The notes beneath the pieces are model-generated. The model was not told the DNA's origin, ran no database searches, and worked only from the letters and a program-made list of their open reading frames with translations. A DNA stretch of 61,448 bases. It comes from an uncultured Anaeroplasmataceae bacterium. Lineage in GTDB: Bacteria > Bacillota_I > Bacilli_A > Acholeplasmatales > Anaeroplasmataceae. Within the stretch, counting starts at the first letter, position 1; every line of letters starts with the position of its first letter. The position numbers and the translations under genes are program-made. The DNA lies in NCBI GenBank assembly GCA_964595145.1, contig CAZQOM010000001.1:1-61448 (forward strand), read 5' to 3'. Shown in pieces: positions 47,392 through 57,344 of this stretch.

Positions 47392-49506
47392 TTATTTTCC
47401 TAAATAATCGTTATAGAATGTTAAATATTTAGCATCAGAAGTTGCCCATAAAGCTCTTAATTGATCTTTAGTTGTTGATTCCCAACCATGATTAATTACT
47501 GCTCTCCAAGCTGTATCTCCTAAGCCTTGTTTCCAGAAATCAACTAATTCAGTAATATCTGTAGTTGTAGCATTTTCTGAATAATATGCAGGAACAGTAG
47601 CACCAAATCCAGCAGTACGAGCTGTAGTAGCACAAACTAATGCACCAGAACTAATTGCACTTAATACATTATTTAAACCTTTTTGACCAACAGGGTGAGT
47701 AACTTGGTAATCTAAACCATCAGAACGAACATGACCAATACCTTGAGTAGAACCAATAGCATCTCTCATAAAGTCATTCCAACCTAATTTAGAAGCATTA
47801 ATTGCAGATTGAACAGCTAATTTAATTTTTGGATAAGTTACACCAGCAACAGTAATAGTACCATCTTGATATTCACTTGGACCATAATCTTGTAATTTAG
47901 CTCCTTCTTCACCATAGAAATAGTCAATTAATTGACAAGAAGCAATAATTTGTTCTTCATCAGTATCTTTAAATACTACTGAACCAGCAGATTTAAATGC
48001 ACGAGAATCTTCAGTATATCTTGTATATAGATATTTTTCTGAATTAATGTAGTTTTCTTCCCAAACAGTTACTGGAGGTAATACAGGTCTTAAACCATTA
48101 TATTTAGAAGATGAAGTACCAATACCTGTAGTTGCATCTAATTTATTATTAACAACTTGTGTAGCATTATAGTCATAAATCATTAAAGAAGCTCCAGCTT
48201 CACCAGTTAAGTATGAATAATAATAAGTGCCGGCTCCGCCACCTTTTTCATCCCAACCATCAATGATTAAGCCTTCTTGTTTTAATTGATGTAATCTATC
48301 TAAAGCTTCTAAACCTTTTTCACTAGTTCTTAAGTCAACTAATTTACCATTATTATCATAATATAAATAATCTTTTTCAGAAGTTAAACCACGAACACCC
48401 CAAATTTGAGCTAATTGAAGAATTGTGATAACACGGTTATTAGCTTGTCCACGAGGTACAATACCTTGAACACAATTAGCTTTTCCATATAAATAAACTG
48501 AGTTATTAACAGCACAACGCATTAATGCGATCATATCATCTGTAGAATAACATGCTTTTTCAGAAGTAAATACTTCAGAACGTTTAGTATATTCACCAGA
48601 AGTCATATAAGCAGCATCAATATAAGCTCTTAAAGCTTCAGTATAAGTTTTACCATTTTTAACTTCTAAAGCATTTTGAGCTGCAACTGGGTTAGTTGCT
48701 TTTTTAACAGTTAAATCTTTAGCAACACCATTATCAGAAATAAGAATCTTATAATCCTTTGTTGTGTCAATGAATGGTTCATAAGCTGTAGCTTGAGCTG
48801 CAGTTTCATCAAACTTAGGATTTTCTTCATCTAATAATTTTTCAACTAATTCAGTATTGAAAATAAACATTTTTTCAATTGTATCTAGACCATCGAAATA
48901 TGGTGCAATATAGAAATCACCATTAGCATCTGTTAATTCACCATAAACAGATGGATGTTCTTGGAAGAATTTATATAAATTAGGCATATATTGTAAATAA
49001 TCTGCTAAATTTACTAAATTATTATCAGTTGCATATTTAACAGCATTTACAGAGTTAGTCATCATAATATCGATATCTTGGATATTAGTTGAAGAACCGA
49101 TTGCAGTATAAATATCATCTTCTTTTGTTTTTGTATAAGAATCTTCAGTAAAATCCCAAACTGAATCGTGGATAGTAACTCCTAAATTAGTTTGAACTTG
49201 TTTCCACATTGGTAATAAATCTTTCTTAGAATATGAATTACCATCGATTGGGTTAGCATATGTTGAACCTAATTTTGATTCATTACCAGTATATGTAACA
49301 CCTGATTTTCCTTTATAGTTTACATACATATTAACTGTTCTACCATTTAAACGTGATGTAGTATCAAATTTATCAACAGTTGGTAACGTAACAGTTCCTC
49401 CTCCTGTAGGTGGTTTAACAGCAGGTCTTGATGTTCCACCGCCACAGCTTGCTAATGTTACAACTGAAAGAGCAGCAACACCAGCTAAAATTAATTTCTT
49501 TTTCAT
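47392..49506 (-). CDS. Large (704 aa) lipoprotein, extracellular solute-binding protein of the CUT1 / LplA-like class
   Basis: The lipobox is VTLASCGGG. It lies directly downstream of the LplB/LplC-type permeases. It is unusually long for the class. Confidence 0.75.
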   Translation of the reverse strand: MKKKLILAGVAALSVVTLASCGGGTSRPAVKPPTGGGTVTLPTVDKFDTTSRLNGRTVNMYVNYKGKSGVTYTGNESKLGSTYANPIDGNSYSKKDLLPMWKQVQTNLGVTIHDSVWDFTEDSYTKTKEDDIYTAIGSSTNIQDIDIMMTNSVNAVKYATDNNLVNLADYLQYMPNLYKFFQEHPSVYGELTDANGDFYIAPYFDGLDTIEKMFIFNTELVEKLLDEENPKFDETAAQATAYEPFIDTTKDYKILISDNGVAKDLTVKKATNPVAAQNALEVKNGKTYTEALRAYIDAAYMTSGEYTKRSEVFTSEKACYSTDDMIALMRCAVNNSVYLYGKANCVQGIVPRGQANNRVITILQLAQIWGVRGLTSEKDYLYYDNNGKLVDLRTSEKGLEALDRLHQLKQEGLIIDGWDEKGGGAGTYYYSYLTGEAGASLMIYDYNATQVVNNKLDATTGIGTSSSKYNGLRPVLPPVTVWEENYINSEKYLYTRYTEDSRAFKSAGSVVFKDTDEEQIIASCQLIDYFYGEEGAKLQDYGPSEYQDGTITVAGVTYPKIKLAVQSAINASKLGWNDFMRDAIGSTQGIGHVRSDGLDYQVTHPVGQKGLNNVLSAISSGALVCATTARTAGFGATVPAYYSENATTTDITELVDFWKQGLGDTAWRAVINHGWESTTKDQLRALWATSDAKYLTFYNDYLGK

Positions 49507-49533
49507 TTTCTTTTCCCTTCCTTTTTTTCTTTT

Positions 49534-50421
49534 CTATTCTTTGACTCCACCAACATTAACACCAGCAGCAAAATACTTTTGTATTTTTGGGTAGATAATG
49601 ATGATAGGAATAATAGAACAAACTAATAATGCATATTGCATTGAATATGGTGAATAATTCACCTCGGCTGCAGCCTGATTATCTTGCATTACATCTTCTA
49701 ATACACGACGAATATATACTTGTAATGGTTGATCTTCAGGTCCTAAAAGCATTTGAGCCCATAAATATCCATTCCATCTAGATATTGCATAAAACATTGT
49801 TACCGTTGCAATTGATGCTTTAGACATTGGAATATAAATTTTAGTTAATAATTGGAATTCTGTTGCACCATCAATTGTAGCAGCTTCTTCTATTTCTGTT
49901 GGAACAGATGAGAAATAATTTCTTAATAAGATAATATTAAATGCATTAAATCCTAAAGCAATAATATACATATATCTATTATTAACACCTAAATTAACAA
50001 AGTTATTATATGTAGGAATCATACCAGCACTAAACCACATTGTAAATACTAGCATGAAATTAAATCCTCTACCAAACATTAATCTTGTTTTTGATAAAGC
50101 ATATGCACCAGTAATCGCAACAAGCATTGAAACTACTGTACCATACATAGTATAGAATAATGTATTACAATATGATAACCAGAATCCTGATTCACTAAAT
50201 ATTTGCATATATGCATCAAATTGTAATCCACCACCAGTTCCATTAGCACCAGCCATAGGATTTGGCCATAAATATACTTTACCAGCATCTACTGCAAATT
50301 TACTTGATACAGATGCAGATAGTAAATATATAAATGGATATAAACATGCTAAGGCAAATATTGTTAAAATAACATACGCAACAATTTTAAATATAACTTC
50401 AGAACGGTCTAATCTTTTCAT
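49534..50421 (-). CDS. Carbohydrate ABC transporter permease (LplC/YtcP-like, BPD_transp_1)
   Basis: It has 6 TM segments and an EAA-loop region IEEAATIDGATEFQLLTKIYIP. Confidence 0.88.
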   Translation of the reverse strand: MKRLDRSEVIFKIVAYVILTIFALACLYPFIYLLSASVSSKFAVDAGKVYLWPNPMAGANGTGGGLQFDAYMQIFSESGFWLSYCNTLFYTMYGTVVSMLVAITGAYALSKTRLMFGRGFNFMLVFTMWFSAGMIPTYNNFVNLGVNNRYMYIIALGFNAFNIILLRNYFSSVPTEIEEAATIDGATEFQLLTKIYIPMSKASIATVTMFYAISRWNGYLWAQMLLGPEDQPLQVYIRRVLEDVMQDNQAAAEVNYSPYSMQYALLVCSIIPIIIIYPKIQKYFAAGVNVGGVKE

Positions 50422-50440
50422 AATTCAATCCCCTTTTCTA

Positions 50441-51460
50441 CTAGAATAATGAAGTAGATGATACCCTTCTACTAATTGCATTTGCTCCTAATACTAAGCA
50501 CATAGCAATTAATGAATTAAATAAGTCAGCAACAACACCAAGATTTTGAGCCGCACCACCAGAAATGGTTATTGTACTATTTTCAGCTCTACCCGAACAT
50601 CGATAAACAAATGTCGAAATAACTTCAGATGTTTCATATGATTTTTCTTGGCTTCCAACTAATAAAATAATCTTTTCATAACCAACATTTAATATTTGAC
50701 CAATACGCATAATAAGCATAATTGTTAATGTTGGAGCCATACCTGGTAATGTAACATATCTAATTTGTTGTAATTTTGATGCACCATCAATTCTTGCAGC
50801 CTCATAATTAGTAGGTGAAATAGCCATAACTGCAGCAAAATATACTATTGAACCATAACCAGAGCCTTCCCAAACACCTGAGATTTGGTATATAGGTCTA
50901 AAGAATCTTGGAGAAGCTAAAACATCTGTTTTAATATCAGTCATACCAAGATTTGCAAGTAATTGATTTATAATACCTGCTGAGTGTGTTGTAGTCTCTC
51001 TTTGACACCATAATGTAATAAGTGTTGTAACAACAACGGCTGAAACAAAGTGTGGTAGGTAACAACAAACTTGTAAAACACTTCTGTATTTTTCATTTTT
51101 AATTTCACTAAATAATAATGCTAGGAAAATTGGGATAGGAAATCCAAATAATAATCCATACATACTATTAACAAATGTATTTCTAAATGCACGCCAGAAA
51201 TCATGAGCAAATGATCCAGTAAATAACATCTTAGCATAGAATAAACCATTCCACTGATCATCTCTAAATTGTCCAGCTTCTTTCCATTTGAAACCTTGTA
51301 ATATACCAGCAATTGGTAAATACTTAAAAAGAATTAAGAAAGCTAGCATTGGAATTAACAATACATATAGCCTCCAATCCTTAGCTAATTTATGAAGAAT
51401 AATTTTCCAACGATCACGTTCAACTTGATCTACAACATTTTGATCAACAATTTTCTCCAT
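50441..51460 (-). CDS. Carbohydrate ABC transporter permease (LplB/YteP-like)
   Basis: The N-terminus LAKDWRLYVLLIPMLAFLILFKYLPIAG is typical of LplB-type permeases. The EAA loop is YEAARIDGASKLQQIRYVTLP. Confidence 0.88.
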   Translation of the reverse strand: MEKIVDQNVVDQVERDRWKIILHKLAKDWRLYVLLIPMLAFLILFKYLPIAGILQGFKWKEAGQFRDDQWNGLFYAKMLFTGSFAHDFWRAFRNTFVNSMYGLLFGFPIPIFLALLFSEIKNEKYRSVLQVCCYLPHFVSAVVVTTLITLWCQRETTTHSAGIINQLLANLGMTDIKTDVLASPRFFRPIYQISGVWEGSGYGSIVYFAAVMAISPTNYEAARIDGASKLQQIRYVTLPGMAPTLTIMLIMRIGQILNVGYEKIILLVGSQEKSYETSEVISTFVYRCSGRAENSTITISGGAAQNLGVVADLFNSLIAMCLVLGANAISRRVSSTSLF

Positions 51461-52106
51461 CTTTTAAATCCCCTTTCTCTTCTTCCAAATCATCACTAAT
51501 TCTAAAATCAGTATCTTTTATTTCTTGACTTTTTTCTATCATATCTTTTTCTACATCAACTAATACTGTTTGTCCTCTTATACACATTACACCAACAATT
51601 AAAATTACAAAAGAAAATAAATTCCATGCCATAAAGGCTAAAAAATTGAATTGTTTTGTAAAAATCATAAATACAAGAGATAAACTTAATTGAGAAATTA
51701 AAATATCTATAAAACATAGTAACAAAGTGTAACGTATACTTTTAAATGTTTCTTTATAATTCTTATATTTAAACCATAATAGATTTATAGATAAGGATAA
51801 TAAAGATACTAAACTAGAGATAAACATCGCAACACCATAAGCATCCTTATATTCTTGATGCGGATTAAAAAATCTTCCACCAATCCATGTCGCAAGAACT
51901 AAAAACGGTGCTACAATAAGTCCTTTCCAATTCCACCTTGTTATAGATATAAACATTATCAATAGTGAACATGCAGTAGTCATTAAAGTTGCATTTATCA
52001 TAGTATTAAAAGCTACCATACCAACAGCCTCAACAATCACACCTATTACAATTAATAATGTCAAGTCAATTAACATATATTTTTTTATTTTCACAAAATA
52101 CCTCAC
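51444..52106 (-). CDS. Hypothetical polytopic membrane protein (up to 220 aa, about 5-6 TM, acidic C-terminal tail), first gene of the operon
   Basis: The ORF overlaps the LplB-like permease start by 17 nt. No motif was recognised. The start may be the internal MLIDL. Confidence 0.65.
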   Translation of the reverse strand: MRYFVKIKKYMLIDLTLLIVIGVIVEAVGMVAFNTMINATLMTTACSLLIMFISITRWNWKGLIVAPFLVLATWIGGRFFNPHQEYKDAYGVAMFISSLVSLLSLSINLLWFKYKNYKETFKSIRYTLLLCFIDILISQLSLSLVFMIFTKQFNFLAFMAWNLFSFVILIVGVMCIRGQTVLVDVEKDMIEKSQEIKDTDFRISDDLEEEKGDLKDGENC

Positions 52107-52185
52107 ATTAAAAAATAATATGTTATTATTTAATTTTTAACAAAAATACAAAAAAATGATAACGCTTTCGTATTTTTACTTCTTA

Positions 52186-52214
52186 ATTATAACACTTTTA
52201 TTTTAATAAGTAAA
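52186..52214 (-). promoter_or_regulatory. Candidate sigma-A promoter of the pectin ABC operon
   Basis: The minus strand reads TTTACT (52209-52214), a 17-nt spacer, then TGT-TATAAT, an extended -10 at 52186-52191. Confidence 0.45.
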
Positions 52215-52256
52215 TAATAATTATTTAAATTATTTCTTTGTTTTTTATATATTTTA

Positions 52257-52290
52257 TATGATAAAACCAGGAAAACCTGATTTTATCATA
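52257..52290 (-). terminator. Hairpin directly after the beta-helix lipoprotein gene (candidate terminator; poor U-run on the minus strand)
   Basis: tatgataaaaccagg-aaaa-cctgattttatcata is present with 1 mismatch. The T-run lies on the plus-strand side only. Confidence 0.4.
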
Positions 52291-52298
52291 TCTTTTTA

Positions 52299-55200
52299 TT
52301 ATTTTAAGGTAAGTACCTTACTATTTTCATCAAAATTCCAAATATTTTCTAAATCATATCCTAAAGTATTTTTAATAAATTCTTTATCTGTAATACTTTC
52401 TTTGAAATATTCTGCAGTACTACCATAATCAGTTATATATTCACTATATGTAGCATAACAATTAATTACATAAGTAATACCACCATTTATTCTTGAAGTA
52501 TTTCTACCGATAATTGGACTACAATTCTTTAAAGCAATAGTAAATGGAGTTTTGTTGTATTCACATTCAAAATCACTAATTGAATTTGAAATTGAAATTA
52601 AACTATGACCATAGTTATAACCACCTAAAATACCACCAGCATATGTTTTAGCAATTATCTTACCTTCATAATAAACCTTATCAATAGTTAAAGTCATAAA
52701 TGATTGTCTATTATCAAATCTTCCAATAAAACCACCAACATATTGGTCTCCATCTTTACCAATATTACTCTTAACAACACAGTTTTTAATTTCTACTTCT
52801 AATTCTGTTGCTTGAGATTCATCTTGGATAAAACCAATAAGACCAGATGATCTAGAACCACTTATAATATGATTTTCATCATTTATAACCGAAATTGATG
52901 AAAAATAATTTTTACCTACACCAACTTGTCCTGCAATAGCACCAACACGATCAGAACTCTTTAAATCTATATTAGTAACTTTTACATTATGAACATATCC
53001 ACCAGACATAGTTCCTATAATACCAGATTTTTGAGCATCCTTACCTTCACTGTTAATTACAATGTTTTCAAAATTTAAATTCATTATAGTACCTTCAGAT
53101 ACTTTATAAATTAATGCAGGAGCACTTGTAGTAATATTAGTTAATTTATGACCATTACCATTTAATAATCCTTTAAATGATGCAGATGTTGTTTGCCAAT
53201 TAAATTCAGCAAAATCTAAATCAGTAGTTAAAGAATAAATTGTTGTACTATTTGTAGAATCAGTAAATAATTTATAAAAATCTTTTGTTGTAGAAATAGT
53301 ATTTAAAGTAACAGAATTAGTATATACATCTGATGTATGTGTTTTTGCATTATTTTCAACAACAGCATGAACATAATACGCTTCTTCATTTGAACATTCA
53401 ACGTTAAATGAAACAATATCATCAAAGAATTCAAACATTTTTCCATTTGTTTTTATTTCTTCTTTTGTTGCAGAAGCATTTTTTGATGTTAATACATATA
53501 TTTTACCAATAGGATAATCCATTTCAGCAGATAGATTAACACCATCACGGTTAACATATAATTCTAAATCTTTTGCAAAATCAACATTAAATGAAGGATT
53601 ACAAACAAATACTTGGTAACTATATTCATTAGTTTCACTAGCATCATTCTTTAATGAAACTTTATGTGTAACAGTATAAACACCTGCTTTAGATGTATAT
53701 ACGCCATTAACTTCGTATGCTTTTGAACTCTTAGTTTCTTGATATATATATGAAGTAGATAAATCATATAATGCTTTATCTAAAGCTTTACCTGAATAAT
53801 CAGATGAATTTGTAACTATTAATGATGGTTCATAAAATCTTTCATATTGATTCATAATAATCTTATTATCTACCACATTATTAACATATATATTACCAAT
53901 ACCAGGTTTATCAGCTACTACATTTAAAACAAATTCTTTTGTTTTAGAATAAGAACCACATTCTATTTCTGCTTTTAAAGTAACAGTTTTATCAACATCT
54001 TGTCTATTTACAGAAATAGTTATTTCCTTTGTTCCAGATACAGAACTTGAAATAGTATCACCAACAGATAATACACTTGGATCTGAAGAAATCCAATATA
54101 TTTCACAGTCAGCATAGTTAGATGGTGCTAAGAAGTTTTGATAAACTGCTTTAGAATTACAATTAACTCTTAATGAATCATATGCAGAAATAACGCTTAT
54201 TTCTTCATTTGTTAAATTTTCACCTATTTCTGTTGGTTCAAAATGATTGTACTCTTCATATCTAGTTTTAGTTAAATCAGCACCAATGTTAGAATTTTTA
54301 AATTCACCAGGAACTAAGTTTAAGAAACTTCCTAATTGAACAGAACCATCATCATTTCTCATTGTTTTATGAATTGTTGTATTAGCTAAGCCATTAGGAG
54401 CTTCTAACGAAACAAAACTTTCACTTGTTAACTCAAATGCTTCACCTTTTTTATCACTATATAAGCAAGATGCATCAATATTTTTATCAATTTTATAATA
54501 TTTATTTCCACCTGCATAGAATACTGAATTTTCTGTAGCTCCTATATAACGGTCAGGTTGTGCAGTTTTATTAGTTACATATGATAATAAGTTTGTATAA
54601 TTATTATAACTTTTTTCATCACGTGCAAGATCAAAATTACTTGATTCTGCTTCATTTGAAGCACTTGATGTTGCTTCAGCAGCTAATACTTTACCATTTT
54701 CATCAATTGCAGCACAGTTATTAAAAGTTGTACAGTTATTAACTGAAATAACACCAGGATTTGAATTATCACCAATACCATGTAGACGGTTATTAAAAGC
54801 AACACAGTTTTCTAATACTACATCACCTTTCATAGTACTACCACCAAGTTTAAAGCCTATACCATCACCATCACGTGTGATAAATCTTTCAACTCCAGAT
54901 TCATTAGTTTTTTCCATTAAAAAACCATTTTCAAAAGAAACACAGTTATATAAAAATACTGTACCTATATTACCACTATCAACTTTAGCAAATAAATCCC
55001 AACCATCATCACTATTTCTATAAGCAATACAGCCATCAAATACATTACCATAGCCAACTGTTAATTTAGCAGCAAAACCATCAGCATTTTCACCAAATGT
55101 TTCATCGTCATAATTATTATATGATGTACAGTTTTTAATTAAATTATAAGATGGCCATTCAGATATATTAGCAAATGAACCACTTGCACGACCTAATTGT

Positions 55201-55691
55201 AAACCTGTATCTCTATTTTCATGGAATAAACAATTTTCAATTATATTATGACTTCCACCAATATACATTCCGTTATCACCAGCATTTACTATTTCAATAT
55301 TATTAAAATGCCAATAATTACCATTTAATTCAATACCTCTATTTAAACTATCAAAAGCTTGTACACTAAAATCAAATATTGCAGCATCATTAGATTCATT
55401 AACAACATTTATATAATTGTGTGCATCTCCTGATTTATATGTAGTTATTCTTTTTGGAACCATATATCTACCAGGTAAAACCTTGATTGTAGTTCCTTTT
55501 TCTACATTGCTAAAAGCAGATATTATATCAAGAGGACTTTCTTCAGTACCTTTATTTGTTGAAATTCCAGTAGGACTAATATATACTGTTTTATTTTCTT
55601 CTACAGGAGTTTCTTTTTCGCTATCATTACATGAAGCAAGTCCTAAAATAGCTAATAATAGAGTAGGAATAATTAATAATTTCTTTTTCAT
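52299..55691 (-). CDS. Extracellular lipoprotein with an N-terminal right-handed beta-helix polysaccharide-lyase domain (PL9-like pectate lyase), central Ig-like region and a C-terminal GLUG-like repeat region
   Basis: The lipobox is ILGLASC, with the start MKKKLL at 55691 (AAGGGTGGA upstream). Beta-helix repeats include GENADGFAAK, NSDDGWDLFAK and DGIGFKLGG. The C-terminal FKGLLNGNGHKL is followed by G-rich repeats. Confidence 0.65.
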   Translation of the reverse strand: MKKKLLIIPTLLLAILGLASCNDSEKETPVEENKTVYISPTGISTNKGTEESPLDIISAFSNVEKGTTIKVLPGRYMVPKRITTYKSGDAHNYINVVNESNDAAIFDFSVQAFDSLNRGIELNGNYWHFNNIEIVNAGDNGMYIGGSHNIIENCLFHENRDTGLQLGRASGSFANISEWPSYNLIKNCTSYNNYDDETFGENADGFAAKLTVGYGNVFDGCIAYRNSDDGWDLFAKVDSGNIGTVFLYNCVSFENGFLMEKTNESGVERFITRDGDGIGFKLGGSTMKGDVVLENCVAFNNRLHGIGDNSNPGVISVNNCTTFNNCAAIDENGKVLAAEATSSASNEAESSNFDLARDEKSYNNYTNLLSYVTNKTAQPDRYIGATENSVFYAGGNKYYKIDKNIDASCLYSDKKGEAFELTSESFVSLEAPNGLANTTIHKTMRNDDGSVQLGSFLNLVPGEFKNSNIGADLTKTRYEEYNHFEPTEIGENLTNEEISVISAYDSLRVNCNSKAVYQNFLAPSNYADCEIYWISSDPSVLSVGDTISSSVSGTKEITISVNRQDVDKTVTLKAEIECGSYSKTKEFVLNVVADKPGIGNIYVNNVVDNKIIMNQYERFYEPSLIVTNSSDYSGKALDKALYDLSTSYIYQETKSSKAYEVNGVYTSKAGVYTVTHKVSLKNDASETNEYSYQVFVCNPSFNVDFAKDLELYVNRDGVNLSAEMDYPIGKIYVLTSKNASATKEEIKTNGKMFEFFDDIVSFNVECSNEEAYYVHAVVENNAKTHTSDVYTNSVTLNTISTTKDFYKLFTDSTNSTTIYSLTTDLDFAEFNWQTTSASFKGLLNGNGHKLTNITTSAPALIYKVSEGTIMNLNFENIVINSEGKDAQKSGIIGTMSGGYVHNVKVTNIDLKSSDRVGAIAGQVGVGKNYFSSISVINDENHIISGSRSSGLIGFIQDESQATELEVEIKNCVVKSNIGKDGDQYVGGFIGRFDNRQSFMTLTIDKVYYEGKIIAKTYAGGILGGYNYGHSLISISNSISDFECEYNKTPFTIALKNCSPIIGRNTSRINGGITYVINCYATYSEYITDYGSTAEYFKESITDKEFIKNTLGYDLENIWNFDENSKVLTLK

Positions 55692-55710
55692 TTTTCTATC
55701 CACCCTTTCT

Positions 55711-57147
55711 TTAAGCACTTAAAACAAGTGAAGCAATTCTACCAGCTCTTGAAACACTTTCAGGAACATCTTTATTAGCTGAATCATCAATTGCTGAAAC
55801 AAATGTAATTGTATAAGTTCCAGGTTTTAAAGCAAATATAACTGTTGTTTCACTTCCAGATGATCCCTTAAGTGATATAAATCCTTCAGATGTAGTTAAA
55901 ATACCTTCATTATATGCTTCTAATAAATTACCTTCACCATCTGTGACACTTAATAAAGATGTATTAGAAGAACCATTAGAACATGCAGATAATGTTAATT
56001 TAGTTATACCAGTAACAGTAAATGAAATACTATTTCCAGGAAGTACTTCAATAGAACGAACTGTTGTATGAGCACTATTTAAATATTTAACTAAAGTACC
56101 TGAGATAGTAAAGAAATCATCAATTTCACTTGGAAGTAAATCCTGTTTATGACTTGATGTTATTTCAACACCAGTATCAGTAGTTAATTGAGTAGCATCA
56201 ATGGATTTATCAATTGTATAATCTGGTTGTGGATTATCTTTTATTAATACTTTAACTTGAACAGCTTTATAAACTCCCATTTCTGTATAAGATGCTTTTA
56301 CATTTCTTTCTCCTGATGTAAAAGTATCAATTTTTGGAACATTTACTTTTTTTGTAGTTATTTCTGCTTGTTCTCCACTTTCATATGTTGCTTTAAAAAT
56401 CCAATCAGATGTATCAACTTTACCACCAAAATCAAATTCAGTAGTACCACTAACAAATTCAATTGACAATAAAGTATCATTAACTGTAATTAAGACAAAA
56501 TTCTTAATTGTATATACTTCTTCAGCTTCACCTAAACTATATTTTTCAGAATATGAAATAACAAGTGGATAAATATTAGCCCTATTCATATTTACATTAG
56601 ACGAATCAATAATATATTGTTCACTTGTAAGTTCTACTATTGTTGAATCTGAATATAAAACAGATACTTTAATATCATCAGTTTTTAATTCTTCTTTTGT
56701 TTTATATGAAGTTATTGTTTTAGAAACATCTAAACCAATTATATGTTTTTCAATATTATCAACTAATGATGTTACTTTAACCTCATAAGAGTTTCTTTTA
56801 ACTCTTCCTTCATATGTATATGATACTATAATAGGATATGTACCAACAGTTGTATTATCAAAACTACTATAATCGATTTCAACTGTATTAGAAACATCTT
56901 CTAAAGTACCATCAGAAAATCTAGCATTAGCTCCTAATTTATCACTAGAAAAACTTTCACCTATGTAATATGATTTTTTTACATCAGATGTATTTAATTG
57001 TAAAGAACTAATAGATTTCTTTTTAGTTGGTGTTTCAACTGGTGGTGTAGGTGAAACAGGTTCTTTTGATTCTTCATCACAAGAAGCTATAAAAAATACA
57101 CCAAAAGCTAAAATAAAAGCCATTAAAAGCTTACCTATTTTTTTCAT
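55711..57147 (-). CDS. Lipoprotein with repeated bacterial Ig-like (Big_3-type) domains
   Basis: The lipobox is FFIASC, with the start MKKIGK at 57147 (GGAAGGAAG upstream). Repeats resemble YYIGESFSSDKLGANARFSDGTLEDVS...VGTYPIIVSY. Confidence 0.65.
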   Translation of the reverse strand: MKKIGKLLMAFILAFGVFFIASCDEESKEPVSPTPPVETPTKKKSISSLQLNTSDVKKSYYIGESFSSDKLGANARFSDGTLEDVSNTVEIDYSSFDNTTVGTYPIIVSYTYEGRVKRNSYEVKVTSLVDNIEKHIIGLDVSKTITSYKTKEELKTDDIKVSVLYSDSTIVELTSEQYIIDSSNVNMNRANIYPLVISYSEKYSLGEAEEVYTIKNFVLITVNDTLLSIEFVSGTTEFDFGGKVDTSDWIFKATYESGEQAEITTKKVNVPKIDTFTSGERNVKASYTEMGVYKAVQVKVLIKDNPQPDYTIDKSIDATQLTTDTGVEITSSHKQDLLPSEIDDFFTISGTLVKYLNSAHTTVRSIEVLPGNSISFTVTGITKLTLSACSNGSSNTSLLSVTDGEGNLLEAYNEGILTTSEGFISLKGSSGSETTVIFALKPGTYTITFVSAIDDSANKDVPESVSRAGRIASLVLSA

Positions 57148-57213
57148 TTTTTTCTTCCTTCCTATTTCCAATTAATACAAAAACAATCAAGCGTTTTCAT
57201 AAAATATAAACCC

Positions 57214-57242
57214 ATTTTATCATTTTAAATCTAACTAGTCAA
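57214..57242 (-). promoter_or_regulatory. Candidate sigma-A promoter for the Ig-lipoprotein / lyase genes
   Basis: The minus strand reads TTGACT (57237-57242), a 17-nt spacer, then TGA-TAAAAT (57214-57219). Confidence 0.5.
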
Positions 57243-57344
57243 TAATACAATTTAATCAAAATAATTTTTTTGTCAAAGATACTATACAAAAAATAGAAAA
57301 TCTTTTATAATATTTTATAATAATGAAGAAAATGAGGTTTTTTT

